Origin: Acidimicrobiia bacterium
GTDB taxonomy: Bacteria; Actinomycetota; Acidimicrobiia; Spongiisociales; UBA5794
Assembly: GCA_003235475.1 (NCBI GenBank)
Contig: QJWC01000028.1
Span: forward strand, 1,188-65,187
Direction of reading: 5' to 3'
Length of the DNA stretch: 64,000 nt
Position numbers and translations under genes: made by a program. Shown here one piece after another: positions 28,871 through 39,321 of the stretch (positions are counted from its first letter, which is position 1; every line of letters begins with the position of its first letter). The notes below the pieces were generated by a model that was not told where the DNA came from, ran no database searches, and worked only from the letters and a program-made list of their open reading frames with translations.

Positions 28871-30334
28871 ATGAACCGTCAGCAAGCTGCCGTTGGCGCG
28901 GCCGAATCGCACATCGCGAGCCACGCCACAGCCATCGTCCGGGAGTTCTGCGACCTCCTTGCCCTTCCGAATGTATCGGCAGACCTCGAAGACGTCGGGG
29001 CCGTCGCGGTGAAGGCTGCCTCCATGCTCGAGGAAAGGGGGGTCGTCCCGCGATTCGTCGAGATCGAGGGTGCAGCGCCGATCGTGACCGGCCGGATCGA
29101 AGTGGGTTCTGATGCGCCGACGATTGGGATCTACGCGCACTACGACGGTCAGCCGGTTGATCCTGATGCTTGGATCACGCCGCCGTTCGATCCCACGATC
29201 GTCAACGCCGCTGGCGAACGCGTCGAACTCGGCGAGGAAGTCGACCCTGACTGGCGGATCCGTGCACGCTCGACATCCGATGACAAGGCCCCCATCCAGG
29301 CGTTCGTCTCGGCGCTCGACGCGCTCGCCACGAAGGGAGTCGACCCGACCGTGAACGTGGTGATCCTCTTCGAGGGGGAAGAAGAGGCAGGAAGCCCGCA
29401 CCTTCGCAGGTACCTCGAGGAGAACGCGGCGTGGTTTGCCGCGGACATGTGGCTCATCTGCGATGGGCCGGTCCACCAGTCAGGCCTCCCGCAGGTCATC
29501 TTCGGGGTTCGTGGCATTGCACAGCTCGACGTCACCGTCCTCGGCCCGACGAGGGGGCTGCACTCGGGCCACTACGGCAATTGGATCCCGAACCCGACCT
29601 GGAAGCTCGTGCATCTCCTCGCAACGATGCGCGACCCCGATGGCGAGGTCGTCATCGACGGGTACTACGACGATGTGATTCCGCCTTCCGACTCGGAGGT
29701 GGCCGCGCTCGCCGAGGTTCCCGCGTACGAGGAGGACCTCCTGCGCGCACTCGGCGTGCGGACTCCGGAAGGGAACGGCGAGTCGCACATCGAGCGGATG
29801 TTCCGGCCGTCGTTGAACCTGCGGGGGTTCTTCGCCGGCCACACGGGCGCTTCTGCGGCGAACGTGCTTCCCGAAGCCGCAACGGCTTCCTTCGACGTCC
29901 GGTTGCCGCCGGGCCACGACCCGGAGGAGATGCTCGGCAGGGTGGAGGCGCACATCGCCGCACAGGGCTTCCACGTGATGCATGAGATGCCTGACCACGA
30001 CACGCGCCTGCAGCACGATTCGATCGCGGTGATCCGTCGCGACCCGCACTACACGGGTTTGAGGGTTCCCCTTGACGGACGGGAGGGCGCGGCCGTCCTC
30101 GACGCGGCGCGCGCCGCCGCCGAGGGCGGGGAGGTCGTTGCGATGCCGACGCTCGGAGGCTCGGTCCCGATCGTCCACTTTGCGGACGTTCTCGGGTCAC
30201 CGACGATCATCATCCCCATGGCGAACCATGACAACAACCAGCACGATGCGAACGAGAACATCCGCATCGCCAACCTCTGGTACGGCATCCGGTTGATGGC
30301 CTCCCTCCTCGCCACCGACTACCGCCCCGACTGA
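28871..30334 (+). CDS. M20/M25/M40 family metallopeptidase (dipeptidase-like)
   Basis: YAHYDGQP, RSTSDDKAP, FEGEEEAGS, and a dimerisation-lid region. Confidence 0.85.
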   Translation: MNRQQAAVGAAESHIASHATAIVREFCDLLALPNVSADLEDVGAVAVKAASMLEERGVVPRFVEIEGAAPIVTGRIEVGSDAPTIGIYAHYDGQPVDPDAWITPPFDPTIVNAAGERVELGEEVDPDWRIRARSTSDDKAPIQAFVSALDALATKGVDPTVNVVILFEGEEEAGSPHLRRYLEENAAWFAADMWLICDGPVHQSGLPQVIFGVRGIAQLDVTVLGPTRGLHSGHYGNWIPNPTWKLVHLLATMRDPDGEVVIDGYYDDVIPPSDSEVAALAEVPAYEEDLLRALGVRTPEGNGESHIERMFRPSLNLRGFFAGHTGASAANVLPEAATASFDVRLPPGHDPEEMLGRVEAHIAAQGFHVMHEMPDHDTRLQHDSIAVIRRDPHYTGLRVPLDGREGAAVLDAARAAAEGGEVVAMPTLGGSVPIVHFADVLGSPTIIIPMANHDNNQHDANENIRIANLWYGIRLMASLLATDYRPD

Positions 30335-30366
30335 TCATTTACTGTTGGCGAAGGGGTGTCTTGTCT

Positions 30367-30439
30367 TTCGTCCCCGTCGCAAGGGGGTCGGGCGAGCGGA
30401 GGAAGCTCGGGGGATCGCCGCACGGCGACCCCCCGAGCT
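30367..30439 (+). repeat. Intergenic hairpin repeat, copy C
   Basis: ttcgtccccgtcgcaagggggtcgggcgagcggaggaagctcggggg... shares the core of copies A and B. Confidence 0.65.
30404..30439. terminator. Strong hairpin between convergent M20 peptidase and nrdJ (putative bidirectional terminator)
   Basis: agctcgggggatcgccg-ca-cggcgaccccccgagct pairs at 16 of 17 positions. There is no U-tract. Confidence 0.55.
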
Positions 30440-30448
30440 CATCGAGGT

Positions 30449-33400
30449 TCAGCTGCAGCCCTTCGATTCGCCGCAGTTGAGGCAGCGATAGCACGAGCCG
30501 TTGCGGACGGTGATGTGGCCGCACGTGTCACACAGTGGCGCGTCGCCCATCTTGTCTGCGAGAACCGCCTGCACTGCTGCTGTTTGCAGCTCCTGTGCGG
30601 AGTGGACGCCCTGCGGGGCAACCGCTCCGACGGGTGCCGGGGCGTCGGCGAGGTTGATGACGCCGTTCGATGAATCGCCGTTGTCGGCAAACCTCGCTGC
30701 GGCGACCTGTGCGTCGATGTCCTGTTCCATGGCTGCCTCGGTGAGGTCCAGCTGGACGCCAGCGTCCACCGCAATGCCCTGCGGGGGCTCCGGGAGGTCG
30801 CCCGATCGATCCGGTGGCACCTGGGCCAGCTCGTCCCTGTGGAGGTACTCGACACCGAGCGCCCTGAACACGTAGTCGATGATCGAGTTCGCCATCTTGA
30901 TGTTCGGATGTCCCTCGACCATGCCCCTCGGCTCGAAGGTCTGGAACGTGAACGTGTCGACGTACTCCTCGAGCGGCACGCCGTACTGGAGGCCCTTGCT
31001 CACGGCGATCGCAAAGCACCCGAGGATGCCACGCAGCGTCGCACCTTCCTTCGCCAGGTCGAGGAACAGCTCGCCGAGTGTGCCGTCCTCGTACTCGCCG
31101 GTGCGCAGGAACACCTTGTGACCGCCGATGCGTGCCTCCTGCGTGAAGCCTGCGCGTCGGGCGGGCAACATGAACCGCGGCCTCGGCAGGCTCTCGTACG
31201 CCTGTGTCGGGGACATGCCGGGTGTGAACGCCCCTGAGAAGAAGTCGACGTGCCGCTCGACCGCAGCCGTCAACTCGTCGTCCTCCTCATCGGAGGAACC
31301 CTCGTCAGACGTCGCCGAGAGCGGCTGTGATGCCTTGGAACCATCCCGGTACAGCGCCATGGCCTTGAGCCCGAGCTCCCACGACAGCTGGTACGACTCC
31401 ATGATGTCGTCGACGGTCGCCTCGTTCGGCATGTTGATCGTCTTCGAGATCGCTCCTGAGATGAATGGCTGGGCGGCAGCCATCATCCGGATGTGGCCGG
31501 TGTGGTGGATGTACCGCTGCCCGAACTTGCCGTTCTTGTTGGCCGTGTCGAAGACCTCGAGATGCTCGTCACGCAGGTGCGGTGCGCCTTCGATCGTCTG
31601 GCGGCCACAGATGTCGTCGTTCGCCTCGTTGATCTCGGTCTGCGTGAAGCCGAGGGACGACAGCATGTTGAAGCCGAGCCCGTTGTACTCCTCGGGAGTG
31701 AACCCGAGCCGCTGCATGGCTTCCTCGCCGAGCGTCCACTGGTTGAACGCGAACCCGATCTCGAAGACGCCGGGAAGCGTCGCCTCGACCTTCGCGATGT
31801 CCGCCTTGGTGAATCCCTTGGCGAGCAGCGTGCGCGTGTTGATGTGCCGCGCCTTCTCGAGGCTTATCGAGCCGATCACGTACTCGATGATCTCGGAGAT
31901 CTCACGCTCTCCGTATCCGAGCTTTGCAAGCGCTGGCGCGATCGATTGGTTCGCGATCTTGAAGTATCCGCCGCCGGCCAACTTCTTGAACTTGACGAGC
32001 GCGAAGTCGGGCTCCACGCCCGTCGTGTCACAGTCCATCAGCAGGCCGATCGTGCCGGTCGGGGCGAGGACCGTCGCCTGCGCGTTGCGGTACCCGTTCG
32101 CCTCGCCGAGTTCGAGGGCCGTGTCCCATGCTTTGTGTGCCGATGCGAGCATGTCCTCGGGGCACAGGTCCTGGTCGACGCCGACGACCCGGTGTCCGAT
32201 CGCGTCGTACTCGAACTGCTCCGCCCCGTACGCGGCGCGCCTGTGGTTCTTGATGACCCGCAGCATCGACGCTTCGTTCTCCTCGTACTTGGGGAACGGC
32301 CCGACGACCGAAGCCATCTCTGCCGACGTCGCGTACGAGTACCCGGTCAGGATCGCTGTGAGTGCTCCGGCGATCGCACGGCCCTCGTCCGAGTCGTAGG
32401 CGATGCCCATCCGCATCAGGAGCGAACCGAGGTTTGCGTACCCGAGACCGAGGGTCCGGTAGTCATACGAGCCCTGGGCGATCTCCTTGGAAGGGAAGTG
32501 CGCCATCGTCACCGAGATCTCGAGGACCATCGTCCACACCCTGATCGCGTGCTCGTACGACGCGAGGTCGAACTCGCCCGTTGCGTCGTCGTAGAACTTC
32601 CCGAGGTTGAGCGATGCAAGGTTGCATGCCGTGTTGTCGAGGAACATGTACTCGGAGCATGGGTTCGATGCCCTGATCTGGCCGCCAGCAGGCGAGGTGT
32701 GCCACTCGTTGATCGTGGAGTGGAACTGGACGCCCGGATCCGCAGATGCCCACGCGGCTTCGGCGATCTGGGACCACAGGTCACGTGCCTTGACGGTCTT
32801 CATCGTCGCCCCGTCGGTGCGGCGCGTGAGATGCCAGTCGGCGTCGTCGATGACGGCCTGGACGAACTCGTTCGTCATGCGGACGGAGTTGTTGGAGTTC
32901 TGCCCTGAAACCGTCGCGTAGGCCTCGCCGTTGAAGTCGGCCGAGTACCCGGCTGCGACCATCGCGTGGACCTTCTTCTCCTCCTCGGCCTTCCAGGCCA
33001 CGAAGGTTTCGATGTCCGGGTGGTCGACGTCGAGGATGACCATCTTCGCGGCGCGGCGCGTCGTGCCGCCCGACTTGATGGCGCCAGCCGCGCGGTCACC
33101 CACCTTGAGGAAGGACATCAACCCTGACGACTTGCCGCCTCCGGAGAGGGGCTCGCCCTCTGCGCGGATGTTCGAGAAGTTGGAACCGGTGCCCGACCCG
33201 AACTTGAAGAGGCGTGCCTCGCGGACCCAGAGATCCATGATGCCGCCGGGGTTCACGAGGTCATCGGACACGGACTGGATGAAACAAGCGTGTGGTGCTG
33301 GGCGGCTGTAGGAATCCGGCGAGGCCTCGAGTTCGTCGGTCTCGGGGTTGACGAACCAGAAGCCCTGCTCAGGCCCCTCGATCCCGTAGCGGTGGTGGAG

Positions 33401-33844
33401 ACCCGTGTTGAACCACTGGGGTGAGTTCGGGGCAGCCATCTGGTGGAGGAGCATGTAGACGAGCTCGTCCTCGAAGATCCGCGCGTCGTCTGCGGTTGCG
33501 AAGTAGCCGTTCTCCTCGCCCCACCAGCGCCACGTCGCTGCGAGACGGTCGACGACCTGCTTCACGGACCGTTCCGGGCCGCGAACCGGTGTGCCGTCCT
33601 CGTCGAGAAGGGGAGTGCCGTCTTCGGCGACCTGCGGAACGCCCGCCTTGCGGAAGTACTTCGACACGACGATGTCCGCGGCGACCTGCGACCAGTCCGC
33701 AGGGATCTCGGCATCGGTCATCTCGAAGACGATCGAGCCGTCTGGGTTCGTGATACGGGAATCCCGCTTCGACCATTCGACGGTGTCGTAGGGGCTCACA
33801 CCATCGGTGGTGAACCGTCGTTCGATCCGCAGACCCTTTGTCAT
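30449..33844 (-). CDS. nrdJ: Vitamin B12-dependent (class II) ribonucleotide reductase
   Basis: About 1131 aa. SNPCSEY active-site region and the C-terminal Cys cluster CDTCGHITVRNGSCYRCLNCG. ATG 33844 is preceded by GGAGG. Confidence 0.95.
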   Translation of the reverse strand: MTKGLRIERRFTTDGVSPYDTVEWSKRDSRITNPDGSIVFEMTDAEIPADWSQVAADIVVSKYFRKAGVPQVAEDGTPLLDEDGTPVRGPERSVKQVVDRLAATWRWWGEENGYFATADDARIFEDELVYMLLHQMAAPNSPQWFNTGLHHRYGIEGPEQGFWFVNPETDELEASPDSYSRPAPHACFIQSVSDDLVNPGGIMDLWVREARLFKFGSGTGSNFSNIRAEGEPLSGGGKSSGLMSFLKVGDRAAGAIKSGGTTRRAAKMVILDVDHPDIETFVAWKAEEEKKVHAMVAAGYSADFNGEAYATVSGQNSNNSVRMTNEFVQAVIDDADWHLTRRTDGATMKTVKARDLWSQIAEAAWASADPGVQFHSTINEWHTSPAGGQIRASNPCSEYMFLDNTACNLASLNLGKFYDDATGEFDLASYEHAIRVWTMVLEISVTMAHFPSKEIAQGSYDYRTLGLGYANLGSLLMRMGIAYDSDEGRAIAGALTAILTGYSYATSAEMASVVGPFPKYEENEASMLRVIKNHRRAAYGAEQFEYDAIGHRVVGVDQDLCPEDMLASAHKAWDTALELGEANGYRNAQATVLAPTGTIGLLMDCDTTGVEPDFALVKFKKLAGGGYFKIANQSIAPALAKLGYGEREISEIIEYVIGSISLEKARHINTRTLLAKGFTKADIAKVEATLPGVFEIGFAFNQWTLGEEAMQRLGFTPEEYNGLGFNMLSSLGFTQTEINEANDDICGRQTIEGAPHLRDEHLEVFDTANKNGKFGQRYIHHTGHIRMMAAAQPFISGAISKTINMPNEATVDDIMESYQLSWELGLKAMALYRDGSKASQPLSATSDEGSSDEEDDELTAAVERHVDFFSGAFTPGMSPTQAYESLPRPRFMLPARRAGFTQEARIGGHKVFLRTGEYEDGTLGELFLDLAKEGATLRGILGCFAIAVSKGLQYGVPLEEYVDTFTFQTFEPRGMVEGHPNIKMANSIIDYVFRALGVEYLHRDELAQVPPDRSGDLPEPPQGIAVDAGVQLDLTEAAMEQDIDAQVAAARFADNGDSSNGVINLADAPAPVGAVAPQGVHSAQELQTAAVQAVLADKMGDAPLCDTCGHITVRNGSCYRCLNCGESKGCS

Positions 33845-33904
33845 AGATGCCTCCAGGCGTCCTTGCCACATGCCATGGCCACTTATCCACACACTTGCCC
33901 ACAT

Positions 33905-33953
33905 ACACAACATGTAGTGGTTGGGAGGTGTCTCAACCCACGAGATGTTGTGC
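33905..33953 (-). promoter_or_regulatory. Two tandem NrdR-box-like 16-mers upstream of nrdJ
   Basis: Read on the minus strand: CCACTACATGTTGTGT (33905-33920) and GCACAACATCTCGTGG (33938-33953). Against the recalled consensus acaCwAtATaTwGtgt they match 13/16 and 11/16. Centres are 33 bp apart. Confidence 0.6.
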
Positions 33954-34223
33954 TGGGTTGCACGAGTGTAATTACACGCGTGGCACTCGTCAAATACCCA
34001 TTTCCGCGCGGCGGTATTCACTTGTCTCAAGGGGAAGCCCCGTATGTGTAGCGCACTGCGAGCCGTCACTCCAAGCCGGATCCGTGAAGGGTTTTCGCGA
34101 CGTCGGATGTGTTTCGCGAACCGCGGTCGAGGGCGTGCGCGCGCTCGTACCCGAGCCGACGCTCGAGGCCCGGAGCATCTATCTTTGGTGTCGAAGACGT
34201 CCCCAGAATCGAGGCATCAGCCC

Positions 34224-35114
34224 ATGTCCTTCGACCAGCAATTCGACAAGGTGGCGCACGCCGACGGTTTCATCGCCGCGCTCGACCAGAGCGGCGGCAG
34301 CACACCGAAGGCCCTGCGCATGTACGGCGTCGACGAGTCCGAGTACTCAGGCGACGACGAGATGTTCGACAAGATCCACGAGATGCGAACCCGCATCGTG
34401 ACGAGTCCCAGCTTCGGGGGCGACCGCATCCTCGGCGCGATCCTCTTCGAGCAGACGATGGATCGGACGATCGACGGCAAGGAGTCCGCCGACTACTTGT
34501 GGAGCGAGAAGAACGTCGTGCCGTTCCTGAAGGTCGACAAGGGCCTCGCGGAGGAGGCAGACGGCGTGCAGGTGATGAAGCCGATGCACGACCTCGACGA
34601 CCTGCTTGCAAGGGCCAAGGCAAAAGGCGTCTTCGGAACGAAGATGCGCTCGGTCATCAAGACGGCGGATGCGGACGGGATCGCGCGGGTCGCGACACAG
34701 CAGTTCCGCGTCGGTCGCCAGATCGTCGAAGCCGGCCTGGTGCCCATCCTCGAACCAGAGATCGACATCCACTCCGAGACCAAGGCCGAGGCCGAGGACC
34801 TCCTGCGGGCTGAGATCATGACGCACCTCGGCCATCTCAGGCCGGACGAGAAGGTCATGTTCAAGCTGACGCTGCCCGACGTCGACAACCACTACTCAGA
34901 GGTGATGGACCACCCGAACGTCGTGCGTGTCGTGGCGCTCTCGGGCGGCTATTCGCGAGAGGATGCAAACGCGAGGCTCGCGAGGAACACGGGCATGATC
35001 GCGAGCTTCAGCCGAGCGTTGACGGAGGGGCTCTCAGCGCACCAGAGCGACGAGGAATTCGACGCCATGCTCGACAGCTCGATCCAGAGCATCTTCGAGG
35101 CGTCCCGCACCTAA
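34224..35114 (+). CDS. Class I fructose-bisphosphate aldolase
   Basis: 296 aa. GFIAALDQSGGSTPKAL, FLKVDKGL, ILEPEI and LSGGYSR. Confidence 0.9.
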   Translation: MSFDQQFDKVAHADGFIAALDQSGGSTPKALRMYGVDESEYSGDDEMFDKIHEMRTRIVTSPSFGGDRILGAILFEQTMDRTIDGKESADYLWSEKNVVPFLKVDKGLAEEADGVQVMKPMHDLDDLLARAKAKGVFGTKMRSVIKTADADGIARVATQQFRVGRQIVEAGLVPILEPEIDIHSETKAEAEDLLRAEIMTHLGHLRPDEKVMFKLTLPDVDNHYSEVMDHPNVVRVVALSGGYSREDANARLARNTGMIASFSRALTEGLSAHQSDEEFDAMLDSSIQSIFEASRT

Positions 35115-36556
35115 CCGGCCGCGTTGCCCTTGCCGACCGCCCCCGCGTCCGATGCGCGGGCCGCGAGGGTCGCCCGTACCTCGGCGATGTCGGATGGGCA
35201 CGTCTTGCTCGCCCGCCAGTAGCAGTACCCGGTCGGTAGGAAGAAGGCCTGGAAGAGCGTCAGACCGAGCGCCCAGTTGAGGGGTGGCGGGAACGAGGTC
35301 TCGAGGGCGTTGGCCACTGGTCCCGTCAGGGCGCTTCCCACCGATCGGCCGACGCCGTTCGCCATGTTGCCCGCACCGAAGACCGTCCCGCGATGTTCCG
35401 GGAGGTTGACATCGCCGATCAGCGCGAACCAGTTCGGGCTGTCAGCTGATGTGAAGGCGATGGCGCCGACCCCCGAGAGGAACGCCAGCGCAGCCCACGG
35501 GTTCGTGACGACGGACAGGAGGACCTCGCCGGCCAGCGTCAGGGTGCCGGCCCCCTCCGTCACGTCGAGACTGTTGAGCGGCACCCAGAAGAACACGAGA
35601 AACAGCGGCACCGCGCCGACGATCCCCACCGCGGAGAGCAGCGCTCTTCCGCGAAGGGTGCGGCGTTGGAGCCGGTCACCGATGTGCCCTGCCAGGATCG
35701 AGAACAGGGCCCCGACGGTGAAGAGCGCAGCGAACAGCCCACCGACCTTGTCGGCCGTGCCCTGTGAATACCCCTGGTCGAGGACCTTCTCCTGATAGAG
35801 GAGGGTCACCCAGATGAGGGAGCCGTACGCGATCTGTGCGGTGACCCCCTGGAGGATCAGCCACAGGTTGGTGCGGCGCTTGAGGATCAACGGGAGCTGG
35901 TCGCGATCGATGCGGTGTTCGTATTCGATGTTCATCTCGCGCATGGCGCGCAGCTCGGGTTCGCTGTGGCCTCGGGGCGCCTCGAAGGTGGGGAGGTACA
36001 GCACGGCGAACAGCAACCCTGCGGCGCCAATGACCCGAAGGGGCATCTCCCACCCGCCCGATGAGAGCTGTGAGGCGAGCAGCCCGCCGACGAGGACCCC
36101 GACGCCCTGGGAGATTCCCCAGAAGCTCATCGCAAGCCCGCGCCGACGCGGAGCGATGAGGTCCGACACCACCGAGAACCCGACCGATGCGATCGACCCG
36201 AGTCCGATCGCCGTGAAGAGCTGCCATGCCGCGAAGACCGTGAAGCTCCCGGCGGCGGTCGATGCGATCACGCCGCCCGCCCAGAGCACCGTCCCCCACA
36301 ACAGAAGGGGCTTCCGGTTGCGTGAGTCGCCAACGTATCCCCACGCCACCCCGACGATGGCCGTGAGCAAGATCTGCGCACCTGTCAACAGCGTGATCGC
36401 AGTCTTCGAGACCTCGAACGCAGCGGTGAGGGGATTGACCATCGCCGGGACCGCGCCGATTGCGGCGTTGTCCAGCGACGCCAGCACGATGAAGACGACG
36501 ACCGTATAGACGACGTGCGAACGGCCACCCCACCAGCGAGGTCGAGGGCGTGCCAT
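35111..36556 (-). CDS. MFS transporter
   Basis: 12-14 TM helices. Loop motif GYVGDSRNRKP between TM2 and TM3. Confidence 0.85.
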   Translation of the reverse strand: MARPRPRWWGGRSHVVYTVVVFIVLASLDNAAIGAVPAMVNPLTAAFEVSKTAITLLTGAQILLTAIVGVAWGYVGDSRNRKPLLLWGTVLWAGGVIASTAAGSFTVFAAWQLFTAIGLGSIASVGFSVVSDLIAPRRRGLAMSFWGISQGVGVLVGGLLASQLSSGGWEMPLRVIGAAGLLFAVLYLPTFEAPRGHSEPELRAMREMNIEYEHRIDRDQLPLILKRRTNLWLILQGVTAQIAYGSLIWVTLLYQEKVLDQGYSQGTADKVGGLFAALFTVGALFSILAGHIGDRLQRRTLRGRALLSAVGIVGAVPLFLVFFWVPLNSLDVTEGAGTLTLAGEVLLSVVTNPWAALAFLSGVGAIAFTSADSPNWFALIGDVNLPEHRGTVFGAGNMANGVGRSVGSALTGPVANALETSFPPPLNWALGLTLFQAFFLPTGYCYWRASKTCPSDIAEVRATLAARASDAGAVGKGNAAG

Positions 36557-36578
36557 CAGTGCGTGGTCCCGGTGGGGT

Positions 36579-36824
36579 TCAGGCTTCGGGCTGCGAGTCT
36601 TCGGCGGCGTCGGGCGCCGGGGGAGCCGGCTCCGGCGACGGTGCCGTTCCCCCGCCGAACGGGCCCCACGCGGCCATGGCCAAGCCGAGGACCAGGCCGA
36701 TGAGTGGCAGGATCCACAGCAGGCTCGACGCGAGCGGGACCACTCCGTAGAGGAACAAGGTGATTCCGAGGAACAGGCCGAACATGAACCCGGAGATCAG
36801 CCCGAGGATGGGTCGTCCCTTCAT
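36579..36824 (-). CDS. Small membrane protein (hypothetical)
   Basis: Two TM helices and a Pro/Ala acidic tail. ATGA coupling to the upstream gene. Confidence 0.5.
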   Translation of the reverse strand: MKGRPILGLISGFMFGLFLGITLFLYGVVPLASSLLWILPLIGLVLGLAMAAWGPFGGGTAPSPEPAPPAPDAAEDSQPEA

Positions 36825-37369
36825 GCGAGCCCCTTCTTCCGGAACCCTGCGCCGATGACGCCTGCGCCGAAGATCACGGTGCCGACGGCGCCGACCGCGG
36901 CAGCCGCTCCGGGGCTTCCCTCGATGGCCATTTGGACGGTGGCCACGCAGGTCTGACCCTGCTGCACATGCCGCGCGGTGACCTCGAGCGCGCCAGAGCC
37001 TCGTGGGACGAGCGAGGGGACGGTGTACTCGTAGGTGCTGGCCGCCGAGTTCGTTTCCGTCTCACCGGACCAGGTGACGACCGTGATGCCCCCGAAGGGG
37101 AGTGCGACGTCGACGCTGCCGTTGAACGACACCGGGCCGTCGGGTTCCGGCATTCCGGTCGTCCCCGAATAGTCGACGGATCCGCCGTCGGGCACGATCG
37201 AGACGACGTCGATGGGCTGTTCGGACGATACGATCGTGCCGTTGGAGAAGGCGCCTATCCCAGAGCAGAGCCCACTCTCGGTGACGCCAAAGGCTGGAGT
37301 CGCCGCAGCCACGATCCAGAGTGCGGCGAGACCGACGATCCCGATGGCGGTTCGTTTGCGTGTGCGCAT
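36821..37369 (-). CDS. Secreted protein with C-terminal membrane anchor (hypothetical)
   Basis: Signal peptide AIGIVGLAALWIVAAATPAFG and a C-terminal Gly/Ala TM followed by RKKGLA. Confidence 0.55.
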   Translation of the reverse strand: MRTRKRTAIGIVGLAALWIVAAATPAFGVTESGLCSGIGAFSNGTIVSSEQPIDVVSIVPDGGSVDYSGTTGMPEPDGPVSFNGSVDVALPFGGITVVTWSGETETNSAASTYEYTVPSLVPRGSGALEVTARHVQQGQTCVATVQMAIEGSPGAAAAVGAVGTVIFGAGVIGAGFRKKGLA

Positions 37370-37443
37370 GGTCCTCCTTGCCGCGCCATCCTACGCGATC
37401 GGCCTGGTCCCCGCAGCAGCCTTGCGGCGTTTAGCCTCGTTGT

Positions 37444-39255
37444 ATGGCTCACACGGATCCGCCGGGAACGTGGTCGCCCACGCCCGAGACGATTGCCAAC
37501 TCCAACATCGCCGCGATGATGCGGTCGAGGGGCTTTGCGTCGTACCGCGAGCTCCATCAGTGGAGCATCGGTGATCGATCGGCATTCTGGGCAGCCGTCC
37601 TCGATGACCTCGCGCTCGACTTCGCCGAACCACCCAACGCCGTGAACGCGTCAGATGACCCCTACCGCCCCGAGTGGCTTCCCGGAGCAGAACTCAACAT
37701 CGCTGCGTGTGCCCTCACCGGTGACGAAACACGGACGGCCATCGTCGCGGGCGTCGACGGGGCCATCATGCGCGTGACCCGCGGTGATCTCGCAGACCGG
37801 GCGCGGCGGGTCGCCGCGGGATTCCGCAGCGCGGGATTCGTGCAGGGTGATCGCGTCGGCGTCGCGATGCCGATGACCGTCGAGGCGGTGGCGGCGTACC
37901 TGGGGATCATCCTCGCCGGAGGCGTCGTCGTGTCGATCGCTGACTCGTTTGCGGCCGAAGAGATCGCGGTTCGGATGGAGCTTTCGGATGCGAAGGCGGT
38001 CATCACCCAGGACGTGAGCAGGCGCCTCGGGAAGACGCTTCCGATGGCCGAGAAGTGCCAGCGAGCGACCGAGATGCCGTGCATCGTCATCCAGACAGGC
38101 GCTGACGTCCCGCTGAGGGAGCAGGACCTCGCATGGGAAGAATTCGTGGCCGACGCGGGCACGGAGCCAGCGGTGACCCAAGGGGCAGGCGCGTACACGA
38201 ACATCCTGTTCTCGTCGGGAACCACCGGCACCCCGAAGGCGATCCCGTGGTCCCAGACACCGCCGATCAAGGCTGCGATGGATGCCCGCTATCACCATGA
38301 CATCCGCGCCGGCGACGTTGTCGCGTGGCCGACCAACCTCGGCTGGATGATGGGGCCGTGGCTCATCTACGCCTCGCTCCTCAACGGCGCCGCGATGGCC
38401 CTGTACGACGACGCACCCACGACGAGGGGCTTCGTCGAGTTCGTCGAACGCGCCGGGGTGACCATGCTCGGCCTCGTCCCGTCGATCGTCGCAGCCTGGC
38501 GCACGAGCGGCGCCCTGACGCGAGGTGACTGGTCGACGGTCCGCGTGCTCTCGAGCACCGGGGAGGCGTCGAATGCCTCCGACTACTCATGGCTGATGCA
38601 CGAGGCAGGCGATGTGCCGGTCATCGAGTATTGCGGAGGAACCGAGGTCGGCGGTGGGTACGTTGCTGGCACGGTCGTGCAGCCAGCGGTGGCGTCCCGG
38701 TTCACGACGCCCGCGCTCGGGCTCGACTTCGTCCTCCTCGACGATGAGGGAAACGAAACCGACGAAGGCGAGGTGTTCCTCGTGCCGCCGTCCATCGGGC
38801 TCTCGACGGAGTTGCTCAACGCGGACCACGACGCGGTGTACCACACTGGCGTACCGGCGTCGGACCGTCCGTTGCGGAGGCACGGTGATCGGATGTCACG
38901 AGATGAGAACGGCTACTACCGGGCGCTCGGCCGGGCCGACGACACGATGAACCTGGGCGGGATCAAGGTGTCGTCTGCAGATCTCGAGGGTGCGGTCGTT
39001 GGCATCGAAGGCGTCGGGGAGGTCGCGGCGATCGCGGTACCGCCCGAGGGCGGAGGACCCGAGCGCCTCGTCATCTACTACGTGCCAGTGGGAGAGTCCG
39101 ACCCCGAGGACGTCAAGCAGGCGATGCAGGGCGCGATACGGACGCGTCTCAATCCGCTGTTCCGCGTGTACGCCGTTCGTGAAGTCGATGCACTGCCGCG
39201 CACCGCTTCCCAGAAGGTCATGCGCCGCGTCCTGCGCGATGACTTCCGCGAATAG
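37444..39255 (+). CDS. AMP-dependent synthetase/ligase (acetyl/acetoacetyl-CoA synthetase-like)
   Basis: AMP motif LFSSGTTGTPKAI, YCGGTE and GDRM...GYYRALGRADD. Confidence 0.85.
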   Translation: MAHTDPPGTWSPTPETIANSNIAAMMRSRGFASYRELHQWSIGDRSAFWAAVLDDLALDFAEPPNAVNASDDPYRPEWLPGAELNIAACALTGDETRTAIVAGVDGAIMRVTRGDLADRARRVAAGFRSAGFVQGDRVGVAMPMTVEAVAAYLGIILAGGVVVSIADSFAAEEIAVRMELSDAKAVITQDVSRRLGKTLPMAEKCQRATEMPCIVIQTGADVPLREQDLAWEEFVADAGTEPAVTQGAGAYTNILFSSGTTGTPKAIPWSQTPPIKAAMDARYHHDIRAGDVVAWPTNLGWMMGPWLIYASLLNGAAMALYDDAPTTRGFVEFVERAGVTMLGLVPSIVAAWRTSGALTRGDWSTVRVLSSTGEASNASDYSWLMHEAGDVPVIEYCGGTEVGGGYVAGTVVQPAVASRFTTPALGLDFVLLDDEGNETDEGEVFLVPPSIGLSTELLNADHDAVYHTGVPASDRPLRRHGDRMSRDENGYYRALGRADDTMNLGGIKVSSADLEGAVVGIEGVGEVAAIAVPPEGGGPERLVIYYVPVGESDPEDVKQAMQGAIRTRLNPLFRVYAVREVDALPRTASQKVMRRVLRDDFRE

Positions 39256-39321
39256 CAGTCGCTTGCTGCCCCGTTCCGAACTTCTTCGTCGCTCGTACAC
39301 TCGTCGCCAGGAGGAAAGACG

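Noticed and set aside
33845-34069. 75-codon N-terminal extension of nrdJ, and a possible cobalamin riboswitch in the leader
   Set aside because: The extension has poor composition, and ATG 33844 has a GGAGG Shine-Dalgarno and a canonical NrdJ N-terminus. I found no B12-box-like element. A B12 riboswitch would be expected on B12-independent reductase genes rather than on nrdJ, and NrdR-type boxes explain the leader better.
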